From assembly GCA_964106915.2 (NCBI GenBank), contig OZ066919.1: a stretch of 64,000 nucleotides of DNA; one strand, 5' to 3'. Below the pieces are notes generated by a model. It saw nothing but the letters and a program-made list of their open reading frames with translations, did not search any database and was not told the DNA's origin. A program made the translations under genes and the position numbers. Source of the DNA: Podarcis gaigeae. Its lineage: Eukaryota. This document shows positions 12,136 through 24,751 of this stretch, piece after piece. The number at the start of each line of letters is the position of its first letter. Position 1 is the first letter of the stretch.

Positions 12136-15100
12136 ATGGCAGGAGCCGTGCGGGTCCCAAAGGAACCATTGGACCCAGTAAGCCAGAACAAGATCTTCTG
12201 CGAGACGGTCCGGAAGGAGCTACGATGCCAGCGCCTGCAGACGGAATACGCGATGAACCCCCTCATGACGGGTACGGGGGTACCGGGGGGAGGGGAGAGA
12301 CTTCTCCCCTTCTCATGGGCAGACGGAGCTTCCCAGTCCCCTGTCTCTTGACTCCAGCTCTAGTTTTCCCCCTTTCCACGAATGCACCGTGTTTGGGTGC
12401 TGGTTGTCATACGTTTCTAGAAGATCAAGTCACCTGCTGCAAACTGAAACAAAAAACCACCACCAGAGGGGTTTGTGGCACTTTAAAGAGTGTGATCCAC
12501 AGGTTTGTGGCGCACATACACACACATCTGTGTAACGGAGGGAAAGTTGAAGGTTGGAAACAAGTAGGAAAGGAATGCAAAAGCAGTATTGGTAGTTGAG
12601 TTAGACCTTAAATGTTTGCAGACTGACCCTCACAGCAATAGCAATTTGTGTTATCACATAAATTGCACTTTAAATGCCCAAGCAGAAATATGAGCTGCAA
12701 TACGAGTGGTTAGATCTCCATAGTATCAGAGTCGTTTAGGTGCAATAACTAAAGGGGAGGGGCTGTAGCTCAGTGCAAGCGGAAGATCTCAAGTTCAACC
12801 TCAGCATCTCTAGGTGAGGCTGGGAGAAAATCCTGCCTGAAATCCTGGAGAGCTGTTGCCAGCCGGTGTGGACCATACTGCGTTACATGGACCAATAGTC
12901 TGACTCGGTATAAGCTTCCTATATTCCTAAACTACGGTACATTCTCAGTGCCAAACTGAATTCAGGAGGGATTCATAGAATAGAGCCATTTGTTGGTAAC
13001 ATCTTTGCAGTTTTCTGTGTGTGTGGATTTGCAGTCCTAAAACTCAATAAGACTTATGAAGAGCCGTTTCATAAACACATCAAAAAAGCTTGTTACAATA
13101 TCCTTTTGCCTCCACGTACTCCACATTACTGCTTACTCCCCATCAGGGCACCCACTGCTTTTTGAAGCCGCATTGACACTACGTTAGCCACAATCCATAC
13201 TGATCTTGACAAATACTATTGTTTGATGCATTTCCCATCCACCCCCCAACTTAGCTTTAATCTAGCTGGAAAACTGGGTGGGGAGTAAACAGCAATGTGA
13301 ACATTTGAGACAGCTATCTCACATGCCCAGATGAGCACACTTATACAGATGACAGCTTCATGAATAGGAGTTGGAAGGTGGGGATTGCAGGGGCAAGAAA
13401 TTGAAAAGATCTCACATGCGGGAAGACAACCCTGCCCTGTCTCCGATGTGACCACCACTGTGCAAATGCAGCTTGAAACACAGAAGCAGGGGCAAGGCCT
13501 TGCTGCATTTTAAGCCACTAATGTAAACATACCCTAACAGGCCTACCCCTCTGGAAACTAACATATTACACAAATCTCTCTAATAGTTTTGATCCCAAGT
13601 GCCAGTATTTTCCTCTAAAATGATGCACTGGCTTTGTAGTGTCTCCCATGCCTATCTGTGGGACCCCCAAAGGTTATGCAACAGTTGCCCCCCAAATATC
13701 CTTGTGGTTCTTTGAAAACCTGCATTTAAGAAAAAGGCCTAAATTCCTGCCAAAGACGGGTGGTGTGGGGAAAGAAGAATGATAAATTTCTAAGCTTTGT
13801 TAGTTTTCCTCTGCCCTTGCTTAAGGTTATCTAGTAATTAATTTGCCTTATTTTGCTTTTACCTTTAGTTTACACCATAACTCGAAAGCCTACCTCTTGG
13901 CATGATAACTTAGAGGAACCTGCAGATGGTAAGCACATGCTTTTAAACAGTTACATTTTAGGGATCAATCTTTTATTGGATCAATTCCTTTCCATGTATG
14001 TTGGAGTGCTGAAACTTTCAAGTTAAGAAAAAAGTCACTGCCATTATGTTTTTTTCTTAATGATATATTTTTGCAAATAAATATTTAAAAGCACAAGCTT
14101 CAATATTCAAAGCAACAAACCCTAACTTACCTAGCCACGCAGTGATACTATCAAACTTCCAACTTAATATTTCACTAGATTAGTTCCCATTTTATCTTTT
14201 TAATTCTTTACCTTTCTAAGGGTTCTGAGAGACCTAAATGGTGCTTGTTATGTTGAAATGCCTTTATCCAGGATATTGGTTTCAGGATGGACACTGGTTT
14301 GTGGCCTTTTTGTAAATTGAATTCTTGCCAGCAAATACTGTTGTAATATAGTTAAGCCTTTTGGAACAACAATGAAGTTAGCTTAAGGCCAGTGACAGCT
14401 AACCTTTTTGGAAGGGTAAAATGTAGAGCAGCCAAGAGGACATGTCTTTAGGAAATGAGGTTTTCTGCAACCTCTTTATACAAAATACTGCAGTCATCCC
14501 ATTTTACCAGAACAATGCAGGCCTCCTGTCTGCCTTAGAGAAGATGTGAACTTCACTGAAAATCTTTTCCCAGCCTCATTCTCCTGTCATGCATCTACAG
14601 AGTGAGAGCATGGCAGCATAGGCAAGACAAAGCCATAACACAAGCTAAGAGTGTGTTCTTCGGAAAGATTTAGTACCTGCTTTCCCAGCCTTCACAAAGC
14701 TCATGCCCTCCAGCTGTTTTGAATGACAACTCTTCATCAGCTCCAACCAGGACAATTGTACTGGCTGGGGCTGATGGAAGTTGTGGTCCCAAGCATCTAG
14801 AGGGCACCAGGTTGCCAAAGGGTGGGCTATCCTATCCTATGACCTGGTCATTAAATACAAAGAAAATTCAATTGCATTTTTACTAGGTTTGCCAGTTTTT
14901 TTAGATATTTGACACACACACAGAACGAAAGATACCAACTTTTTTGCAATGCTGCTCACAGAACAGGCAAAGCAGCTGTCCTTCCTCATTCACAGCAGGA
15001 ACCAACAGCATGTTCAACTCCTCTAACATTTTTTGAGGGGGTAGGTGGTGGGTATTATTAGTATATGATTTTGTTGTATCGTTTTGTTGTTTTGATGCAA

Positions 15101-16461
15101 GCCAGCTTGAGAGAATTGACCATGAAAGGCAGCATATGCATTGTGAAATAAATGAAGTATGTAAAAACTTCAGGTGCAAGCTAATAAGTTATGCAAGCAG
15201 AACAAACATTGAAATCAATAGTATATAAGCATAAGGTGAGAGCTGTTTCCTAGTTCTGCTGGATCTCTCAGCGGCGTTTGATACCATCGACCATAACATC
15301 CTTCTGGACTGTCTTGAGGGGCTGGGAGCTGGGGGCACTGTCCTACAGTGGTTCCGCTCCTTCCTCCTGGGCCATGTTCAGAAAGTGGTGGTGGGGGATG
15401 AGTGTTCAGACCCCTGGGCTCTCACTTGTGGGGTGCCTCAGGGTTCTGTCCTCTCCCCCATGCTTTTCAACATTTACATGCAGCCGCTGGGAGAGATCAT
15501 CAGGAGGTTTGGGCTGGGTGTTCATCAGTATGCAGATGATACCCAGCTCTACCTCTCTTTTAAATCAGAACCAGTGAGGGCAGTGAAGGTCCTGTGTGAG
15601 TGTCTGGAGGCGGTTGGAGGATGGATGGCGGCTAACAGATTGAGGTTGAATCCTGACAAGACAGAAGTACTGTTTCTGGCGGACAGGAGGCGGGCAGGTG
15701 TGGAGGATTCCCTGGTCCTGAATGGGGTAACTGCGCCCCTAAAGGACCAGGTGCGCAGCCTGGGAGTCATTTTGGACTCACAGCTGTCCATGGAGGCATA
15801 GGTCAAATCTGTGTCCAGGGCAGCTGTTTACCAGCTCCATCTGGTACGTAGGCTGAGACCCTATCTGCCTGCGGACTGTCTTGCCAGAGTGGTGCATGCT
15901 CTGGTTATCTCCTGCTTGGACTACTGCAATGCACTCTACATGGGGCTACCTTTGAAGGTGACTCGGAAACTACAACTAATCCAGAATGCGGCAGCTAGAC
16001 TGGTGACTGGGAGCGGCCGCCGAGACCATATAACACCGGTCTTGAAAGACCTACATTGGCTCCCAGTATGTTTCCGAGCACAATTCAAAGTGTTGGTGCT
16101 GACCTTTAAAGCCCTAAACGGCCTCGGTCCAGTATACCTGAAGGAGCGTCTCCACCCCCATCATTCTGCCCGGATGCTGAGGTCCAGTGCCGAGGGCCTT
16201 CTAGCGGTTCCCTCATTGCGAGAAGCAAAGCTACAGGGAACCAGGCAGAGGGCCTTCTCGGTAGTGGCGCCCACCCTGTGGAACGCCCTTCCAGCAGATG
16301 TCAAAGCGATAAACAACTACCTGACATTCAGAAGACATCTTAAGGCAGCCCTGTTCAGGGAAGTTTTTAACGTGTGATATTTTACTGTATTTTTGGTTTT
16401 TATGGAAGCCGCCCAGAGTGGCTGGGGAGGCCCAGCCAGATGGGCGGGGTATAAATAATAA

Positions 16462-16515
<54 letters not shown>

Positions 16516-17097
16516 TAATAGAGCACTGTAGCATTGTCACATCTAAAAATTTCAGTGCAATCTAAGTGCCTTGCACCCCGTCTACACTAAGCAAGTCTCA
16601 TTGCCAATGCTTTAACCCTATAGCTAAGTTCCTGAAACTAATTCATCATGCTGCACTTGAACCAAACAAGAAATACACAGAACCACAAACAGAAAGCCAA
16701 GAAATCGGCTGGTTTTCCTCACCTTTGGTAAGTGGGTTTTTAAGGAGCTTTTGGGGAAGTGTGTGTAGTTGCCTGGAATTTTAAGAATCCAGACTTTACA
16801 AGAAAATAATTTTAAGCTGTTATAGCTATGGAGAAAGCTTTGAAAGTTTGTAGGGAGTACCTGGTTGGCTATCAGAATCTAGACATTTCACCAAATGGGG
16901 AGATAGTTTGGGGGAAATATTCAAATCCTAGCTCCTCCCTTATGCCAAATGTTCTTATACTATGGTAATATTCTCCTTCACAGATCAGTGTAAACCGGAA
17001 TGACAACAGGCTATACTTCCCAAGTCGGAGCACTGAAATCACCAGATATATGGCTGCTATGTGGCGCCTGAAGGGGATGACAAAAGATAAGCGATAA
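12136..17097 (+). CDS. CFAP144: cilia- and flagella-associated protein 144 (FAM183A), 137 aa
   Basis: Exons 12136-12271, 13869-13928, 16624-16727, 16984-17097 in phase. Motifs [41 protein letters not shown] match FAM183. Sits next to EBNA1BP2/CFAP57 as in human. Confidence 0.92.
12752..12929 (+). mobile_element. tRNA-derived SINE (Squam3-like), internally deleted
   Basis: GGGGCTGTAGCTCAGTG A-box head, GTTCAA B-box remnant, and body CCTGCCTGAAATCCTGGAGAGCTGTTGCCAG...TGGACCAATAGTCTGACTCGGTATAAG resembling the recalled Squam3 consensus. Confidence 0.7.
15234..16515 (+). mobile_element. 5'-truncated L2-clade LINE (RT C-terminal half, 3' UTR, (ATT)n tail) in CFAP144 intron 2
   Basis: [45 protein letters not shown] and [15 protein letters not shown] in a single frame with one internal TAG (15799-15801). 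3' stem-loop followed by a TTA microsatellite tail. Confidence 0.92.
16462..16515 (+). repeat. (ATT)n microsatellite, LINE tail
   Basis: About 18 perfect ATT units. Confidence 0.9.
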
Positions 17098-17909
17098 AGG
17101 AACACAGCATTGCAGGACTTTAAGGGAAGGACTGTAGACATAAATTTAGGCTTCCAGACTTCCATGGTCTCCATCTTTTAATTAGTGCAAAGCATAAGAC
17201 TGAGGCCTGACACAGGGTGCAAGGCAGTGGGTATAGGAAAGTCCTGTGTTATGTGAACATTTAATATTACAATAAACCTGACCTGAAAGTGCCTGCTATC
17301 CTTTCTGCCACCATATTCATTTTGTACAAGTCATCAGTTTTTATAGTGGGTGGATAGGACAATCTGTTTCTCAACCAGAAGTTGTGGTATGAGCAGCAAC
17401 AGTAGTTCATGTGATTGTTTGCTGGTAAACCACCAGCTTCTGCTGTTGAATGGAAGAGGAGGACCCAATGCCCTTAGCAAAGAAAGTCATAAAGTGGCAG
17501 AAATACAAAAGCTGTTGCTTAGTACTCTGCATGCACCACTGCTGGGTGACAAGGAGGAGCACACAGGATGATGTTATGTACCAAAAAAATTGAAGGATTT
17601 AGTGAGACCCAATGCAAACCAGAAAGGATCTCCCCCAATCTGACACGGATGATCAAGCTATCAAGACTTTTTAATTCACAATCTTGCACAAGGAGGATCA
17701 AGAAAGAACAAATCAGTATGAAATATAGGCAACCAGAAGCATCTGCTTGTTATTTATGTACGATGGGTGTGTACACCCTGTGTCAGGCAGTACCACTTGC
17801 TGACTCTGAATGGCAATCTGAACGGCTATGTTGTCCAGGTCAGCATCACTTCACGCCCAACGTTCCGTAGGGAGTCACACTTCGCGAAGAAGGTCACCCA
17901 TTTTACTCG

Positions 17910-20900
17910 TTATCGGGAACGGTTCTTCATTTTCTGCCTCACCTTCTTCCCAGGCCTCTTCTAAAATGAGATACAAGTTGGATGTTATCATTTTACTACC
18001 TTAGCTATACTGTACAAGGGAAAGGGTGACAGCAGGGAGGGAGAGGGGGAGCTGTGTACCACAATGGGCTGTTTCACATGTAATGGCAAGCCAAGCCTTG
18101 TGGGTTGCTTTTCTGGGTCCAGGCGCAGGGCAGAGTGACTGAACAGTCCTGCTTGTTGCTCATTCACAGAACACCATGGTTTACTTGTTACTGTGGCTTA
18201 ATGTGAGGTGTGAACCCGCTCAGTGAATGCTCCACTAGCAGCCAGATTACAGCAAGATTTTCCCAGTTGGCAGCTGTTAGCTAATTTTTATTTATGCCAG
18301 CAGAAGACACGCTGATAAATTTTAATCATTTAATTTATGCACTTACAAATTTAATGAATTTATACCCTGCCTTACAAAGTTCACTAAAAAAGAAGATAGC
18401 AATATATAATGCAATGTAAGTAAAACTCAAACACACACCCACAATATGAACAGCAGCCATAAATAAATACTAAGAGCCCACTCTAAACCATAAGAAGTGT
18501 AGCCTGATTAAAATCCCTCCAAATTATATGAATGCATTGGTAAATTACTATAAGCCACTTCTGTCCATTAACATTAAATGTCTAAATAAAAAAAAATCAT
18601 GGCAGGTACTCACATTGGCACCCTTTTTCCCTGCTTTCCCAGGACCCTTGTGGTGGGCCACACTAGCACGGAAGTTGGATGTATCATTGTGACTTTCTCG
18701 AGTGTTCCATTTTGACCCTTTCTTCTTGCCACCAAAACCAAACTTCTGATTCTTGTAGCGTCGTTTGGCACTCGGTCTGAAAGAAAAACAACCAGCTAAT
18801 TATGGCTGGGTACTTAACCATCTCTCCCCCCAAAAACTGTCCGGCTCCTCAGCACACATTTTTACCTTTCTCTCCCTGCCCTCAAAAGGAATTATTCCAA
18901 CTTCAGTAAACCATTATTTTAAGGAGCACCCCACAGCCCATCCTGACACTTCGCAACCCGCTTCCCATTTTGCCAGACACCTAACGGCAAAGACTACTCA
19001 TTCAGCATCAAACAGAAACACTGGAAGCCAGTAGTCAGTTTGCTTTTTCTGTGCACCCAAACAGCAGCAGTTCTAAGGCTGTAGGTCTCAGACAGTTCGA
19101 TCTTACTAGGCTAGTTTTGCTGTAGCAATCAAGCACCCTGAGAGCATTAGTCTTAGGTGTTAGGTATAAAAGAAGTTAAATTTTTATCTTGGGCTCCAAT
19201 GCTGTCGGTGTGATGGCAGTGAGATCAACTTGGGATCCAACTGGCCAGCTCAGCCCCTCCCCACCTCCAAAACACCGTTTTGGAGAATTTCAGTGACTGT
19301 CACCAGCAGGCACCTCACTGACAACACTTGTGCACATGCATTTGCAAATGAAAGGGGCAGTGCCACATCAATGGAATGACATGCCACTCAGCTGCCATCA
19401 GGAGGCTGCTTTAGCTGAGAGAGCTGGGCAGAGGGACACCTTTGGCCAATCCAACCCCATCGCTGCCGCCTCGCTCCCCCTCCAGTGCTCTGCTAATGGA
19501 TCGACTTTTGTTATTAGAAGGACTTAGAACTTAAACACGAAACAAAACAAAACTGATCCAATAAAAGACTTATTCATGGTAAAGCAAAAGAAATGCAAGT
19601 TTTAGTAGACATCCTGGCACTTCACAGGCCTTACCCTTTATTTTTATGCTGGCCTCCAGCCCCTGCCTTCTTTCCCTGAGTTGCTGGTGCTTTTTCACCT
19701 TCCAAGAAGTCCAGCTTGTCGGAAAGACCTGCATAAAAGACAGAATAAATGAGCTGCATGCCAAGCCAGAAAAGAAACTCCAGGACAAACACTGCAGGAA
19801 GGCTTGCTTTATCGCCCAAAGGGGTATATCTATGCACAGGAATATTGTGCAGCATTTAGAACTAAGGCCTGGGGGCCGGATCCAGCCCAATCGCCTTCTA
19901 AATCCGGCCTGCGGACGGTCTGGGAATCAGCATGTTTTTACAGGAGTAGAATGTGTCCTTTTATTTAAAATGCATCTCTGGGTTATTTGTGGGGCATAGA
20001 TATTCATTCATTTCCCCCCCTCAAAATATAGTCTGCCCCCCCCCACAAGGTCTGAGGGACAGTGGACCAGCCCCCTGCCAAAAATGTTTGCTGACCCCTG
20101 ATTTAGACTCTCAAGTACTAGATTATAATTTCTATATTTTCTATGCAGCAGTGGCTGGAGGTATCAACAAGCTTTTCCACAAACCAAGTTCTTGCAACAT
20201 GGACTACACATAAGCCTTCCTTTAGGTATTCTACTTTCATGCAAAAGCAACACAGCAACAGCAGGGCTCTGAATCATGCAGGGAGCTTCCACAACCCAGG
20301 AAGCTCTCTGCTTCAGAAGTGTGCCCTCCCAAGTTGTGGAGGGACTGTGATGGAGCTGAGCATACTTAGTCCCTCTCTCATGTTGCTTTTACATGCAAGT
20401 GGAATGCCTGAAGAGGGATACAATTTTCTACTGCTGTAGTAAGGGTTGGGGGAGGGAGTAGTGAAGGATAAAGTGGAAGTGGAGTGCCTCGCCTTTCTGG
20501 TATTTCTTGATTGCATTCAGCATTGTGGATTTCTCCTTCTGCCTCTTCTGCAGCACCTCAGTTTGGACCTACCAACAAGAAATAAAAAGTGAGGCTTTCC
20601 TTCCACAGTACCCCAGTCCTTTCCAAAATGCTCCCTTTTTTGCACACACATGTATCCTTCCCACACCCTAGGAGTCCTGTTTATGATATTTCTAGATACT
20701 TAGGCCAAAGGATTCCAATGCTGAGACTGCCAATCAAAACAATGGGTGTGTCTTTCCCGCTTCCTCCATTCCAAGGGGGCTTCTATGTTTTTGTCACCAT
20801 TTTTCTCACCTTTTTGCCGTATTTTCTCAGGGCACGGAGCTGTTTGGCTCTTTCAGACTTTTCCATTGCTTCTTGTTTACTCTTCAGCTTATGCCGAATC

Positions 20901-23900
20901 TAATTGAGAGAGAGCAACCGAAGTGCTTTTTATGCAGATGAAGGCAGGTTCCTTGAATTTGTGACTATGGAAATCTGCTTGTTTGTGGCAATGATGCTCT
21001 TTTTAGTTTCAGAAATGAAAAGCAAAGCAGCTTAGTGTGCTGCACTCCTAAACGTGAATTTTGACAATTGCTTCAACTGTTTAGGACTACTCAGACTCTA
21101 TAACTGTTGGGCAAAAGTTGTTGTCTTTCTCCAGCAAGGTCACACAAGACAAGAAAAAGCATCATGCCAGAAACTCATAACCCACCATTATTTGTTGGAT
21201 ACATAATGACCAAAGAGAGAGGCAAGAGCAGATGCACAAGTTCACTATTAATGCCTCAAAATGCATCCATGGCCTTAGATGCATCATTCTGTTAATACAG
21301 GAAAAAATGACAGTTTTCTAAAGAGCTTGATAAGGATGTATTGCTGCCAAAGAATTGCTACAGAATCCAAGGCTAATTCTTTATTCCGAAGGCCCAAGAC
21401 AATATGCAGCAGGGATGGGAACCTCTGACCCAAAGGCTTAACTAGGCCTGACACAGGTCCCAACTGAGTCTGCAAGACCTGTTTCCCTAAACTACACACA
21501 TTTGCCCCATACCCAATGTTGTATGTGATAGCAGCATTATGTTCCACACAAAATCAATCTTCATTATAGTCCCTCTTTCTTAAGAGTTCAGTACAAACTG
21601 AAAATGCTCACAAGCAAGCTTTTTATGGCCTTTTATTAACAAATTTTTAATTAACATTTCATGATCTGTAGCATTATGCACTGAGAAGAACTTTGCTAGA
21701 GCTCTTTTTCTCCATTTGCTGATGCATTACAATCAGGCACCATCAAAATACCTGACCCAATGAGCCACAATTTTGTATATGACCAGCAACTGTTAACATA
21801 TCCATTATAGCAGCCAGATGAGAAAAGAAGAGGAACCATGCACCTTACCTTCTGCATCTGCTGATCAGATTTTGCCATCTCTGCAAAATAGTCATCAGGC
21901 CGCCTAGTAGGGATTTTGAACTTATGCAGCCGAGGCAAAGCTTCTAAAACAGATGCTTGGGCTTGACGATAGCTGGAAACACAGGATAATGTATTAAGAT
22001 GTTATATGTAAGCAGCCATTGGACCATTAGTAAATTGTTACTTTTTCCATTGGACAATAAAAAACTCTTGAACTACTAACATATTGTTCCATTGTGCATA
22101 TGGCTGAAAAAAGCTAAAAGCTCAACACACCAGGCTGATAAGAAGCAGCTCTACTTTCTATACACAGACTTACAAGCTCATCTCTCTCTTGAAGTCATCC
22201 TCAGGGTCAACATCATCTTTGTCAAGTGTTTGACTAGAAGCTGCATTTGTGGCACTTGTTTCCAAATGAGAGGTAACATCAAGCCTTTCAATCCAGGCCA
22301 GGTGTTTCTGGAATTCAGACAAGCACTGCTTCAATCCATCCTAGAAAAGAACATATTAATTGTGTATTAAATGCAACACAAAATCTACACGATAACTAAC
22401 ATGCCAACCATGTTAGAATCTCTCCTCCCCAAACAGACCATGTCCTGATACTCCCACCCCAAAAAGATGCATTGTCTTCTGCTCAGATGCCAGAGGTTTT
22501 TGAGCCTCAAACTCCTCCTAGTACTTCAGTCTTAACAATGACAACACAAACAGAGGCCAATACAGAATTTCTCCTATAAATTGGAAAGAAACTGAATAGC
22601 TTAAGGGATTTTATCAGCCTGCAGAACATGGTACCACTCTTAGTTTGATAGAGTGTAGTCAAATAAGTGTCAACTTTTTTTCTTGCCCCACCTCCAACAT
22701 GTCTTGATGGTCCAAATGAGTAAAGCATCAAGTTACCATGTAAGTGGTGGATGATGCCCAATCTAAAAGGTGAGACTCATTAAGCATGCAGATAAATAAG
22801 CCCAAGCCATTCCAAAAATAGAAAAGGACTATAGATGCCAGGAATTCAGTTTAAAGGTTTAGTTCAGCAGATAGACTGAACTGAGTGGCTGAACAATTTT
22901 ATTCTGGCTAAATGGTATACCCATCCAAATGAAGCTCAATCTGCCCACATAAATTAATCCCACAAAGGTCATGTTCGTACAGCACTCACCACGTTGTTGA
23001 AAGCTTTCGGCTGTCCCTCTAGCACAACGTTTAGGCCTGGCTTGATTGAACCTTTAGAAAATGCGTCTTGAAGCTATATGGAAGAAAAGTTATAAAATCA
23101 GCACCATCCCAGATTGCTGAAACAGAAGGATGTTAGCTCACCCACCCCAAACCCTTAATAATAGAAACCTTGGAAAAAGTAAGAAACAAAGCACACAGGA
23201 GCACAAGTGAGAGGAAACCTAAAATTAAGCGCTCAAATTGCAAGTGATTAGACAAAGCAGCTCTCTATCTGCCCTATGTAAGCATGCTTTGCTTTCGATG
23301 CTGAATTGACACTGTACTGTGACGTGCTACTGTGAACAGGTATTGGTGGCTAGGAGTGTGAGTCGGTAAGCTACTAACTCAAATTTCACTCTAGTCATAA
23401 ACCAACTAGGCAAGCTGCTATTCTTTCCACCTCAGCTGCTTACTTACAATATGAACAATAATATAGGGCTATTACTTAAAACACCAAAAAATGTATGTGA
23501 TGCATGATGAACCCATGAAATGGGTTGTGGAAGTTCCCTACACAATTCACTATGGAGAGACGTTCGGTGTTGCCTGGTGTTACACCATCACATGAGCAGC
23601 TCTAGCTAACATGGATTAGCCCTGCTGCCCCCGTGTTGCTTCTACATGCAAGTAAAGATATTTATATAGGAAAATGCCCTATATAAATTTTATTTTTTAA
23701 GGTATTGCTATTACATAAATATAGTCCTGTCTACAACCTTTGTAAGAAATGAAGTGTAGCCCTCCACAGCAGGCTACAGAGAAATGAGCTAAACATCACC
23801 AGCCATAACAAACATCCTGCCCACACTCCAGCGCAGCATGATCACAACACTAAACTTACCTCTCGGTCAGTGACAAGAGACTCTTCCGAATCCGATGACG

Positions 23901-23931
23901 AGAAGCCTTCCTCCATCTCTACGTGAGGCAT
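17910..23931 (-). CDS. EBNA1BP2: rRNA-processing protein EBP2, ~306 aa
   Basis: Exons 23931(or 23916)-23860, 23073-22990, 22340-22174, 21972-21849, 20899-20810, 20568-20493, 19728-19635, 18776-18614, 17960-17910. Motifs SLVTDRE|LQDAFS, DPEDDFKREMSFYRQAQ, RPDDYFAEMAKSD, KRRYKNQKFGFGGKKKGSKWNT. A non-coding first exon probably ends at 24310. Confidence 0.96.
19861..20100. mobile_element. hAT-like non-autonomous element in EBNA1BP2 intron, left TIR lost
   Basis: Right end TTTGCTGACCCCTG; ATTTAGA flanks both sides. Confidence 0.6.
23550..23613 (+). repeat. 64-bp dispersed duplication, copy 1 (copy 2 at 31806-31869)
   Basis: 62/64 identical to 31806-31869 by direct comparison. Confidence 0.9.
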
Positions 23932-24309
23932 TGCACACTGTGCTTTGGGGTGCCTCGAATCCACCGAGCTACACGAAGAATGATTTTTAAAAACAAAAAA
24001 AACAGAAAGTGAGCTCCACCTTCAATTTCTCCACTGGAGAGATTGGTATTGCTTCCCCCGCCTCCCCGCGGCCAGGTTGGTAAAAGACGGAGAAACGGCA
24101 TACATTTAAATTCCGGAATTGCTTCACCTGTTGAACTTCCACCTGCCGCCCCAACACATTCCTAACATTGCATTAAGCCGAACCTAGGGCTTCTTCCCTC
24201 CCTACAAACCGCCTCGCGTTTTATAATCCTGCTCGGAAGGAGCCCCCGCTGTATTCAACAGCGCTTACTCCCACGTAAACCGTACATGCGACTACAGACT
24301 TGGTCTTAC

Positions 24310-24560
24310 CACGAGTCCTCTTCTGGAGGCCCCTTCCACAACTCCAGCCAGACGCTGGTTCAGAAACCACGCGGAACGGCACAGAGCTACTTCCGGTTTC
24401 TGTGTCTTTCCTCTTCCGGTTAGAGTTCTCCACCTCCCCCGCCCGCTCGCCATGCGACCAGGACGCCGTCTCCATAGCAACCAGTCTCGGCTTCTTTTTT
24501 TCTTCTGCTCTTTTTACCTAAAGGCCAGAGAGAGAAGCCGAGAGACAGCTGAGCGAGCAG
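24310..24560. promoter_or_regulatory. CpG-island bidirectional promoter EBNA1BP2/CFAP57
   Basis: Tandem ETS/GABP sites (ACTTCCGGT 24389-24397, CTTCCGGT 24413-24420), GC box 24436-24444, and a 14-bp RFX X-box GTCTCCATAGCAAC at 24468-24481. Confidence 0.75.
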
Positions 24561-24751
24561 GACCCCAGAGGGGAGAGAGGTCTGGGTGGTTAGGGAAGAG
24601 CAAGACCTGGGACGAGCAAGCAAAACGACTTGGCGGGTCGGGGCCCCATCCCTGGGCGCCTGTTGGGGAAGGAGCACGACAACCCCACCTGGGAAATCTC
24701 CCTGACGTTTCTTTCTCCTTTTCCAGCAAAGTTTGCTGAATCTCAGGCGCC

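Noticed and set aside
10928-12266. Long ORFs antisense to or overlapping PIF1 exon 1 and the promoter
   Set aside because: Shadow ORFs of a CpG island. The TTG start at 11750 given for PIF1 is also unlikely; the first ATG is at 11723.
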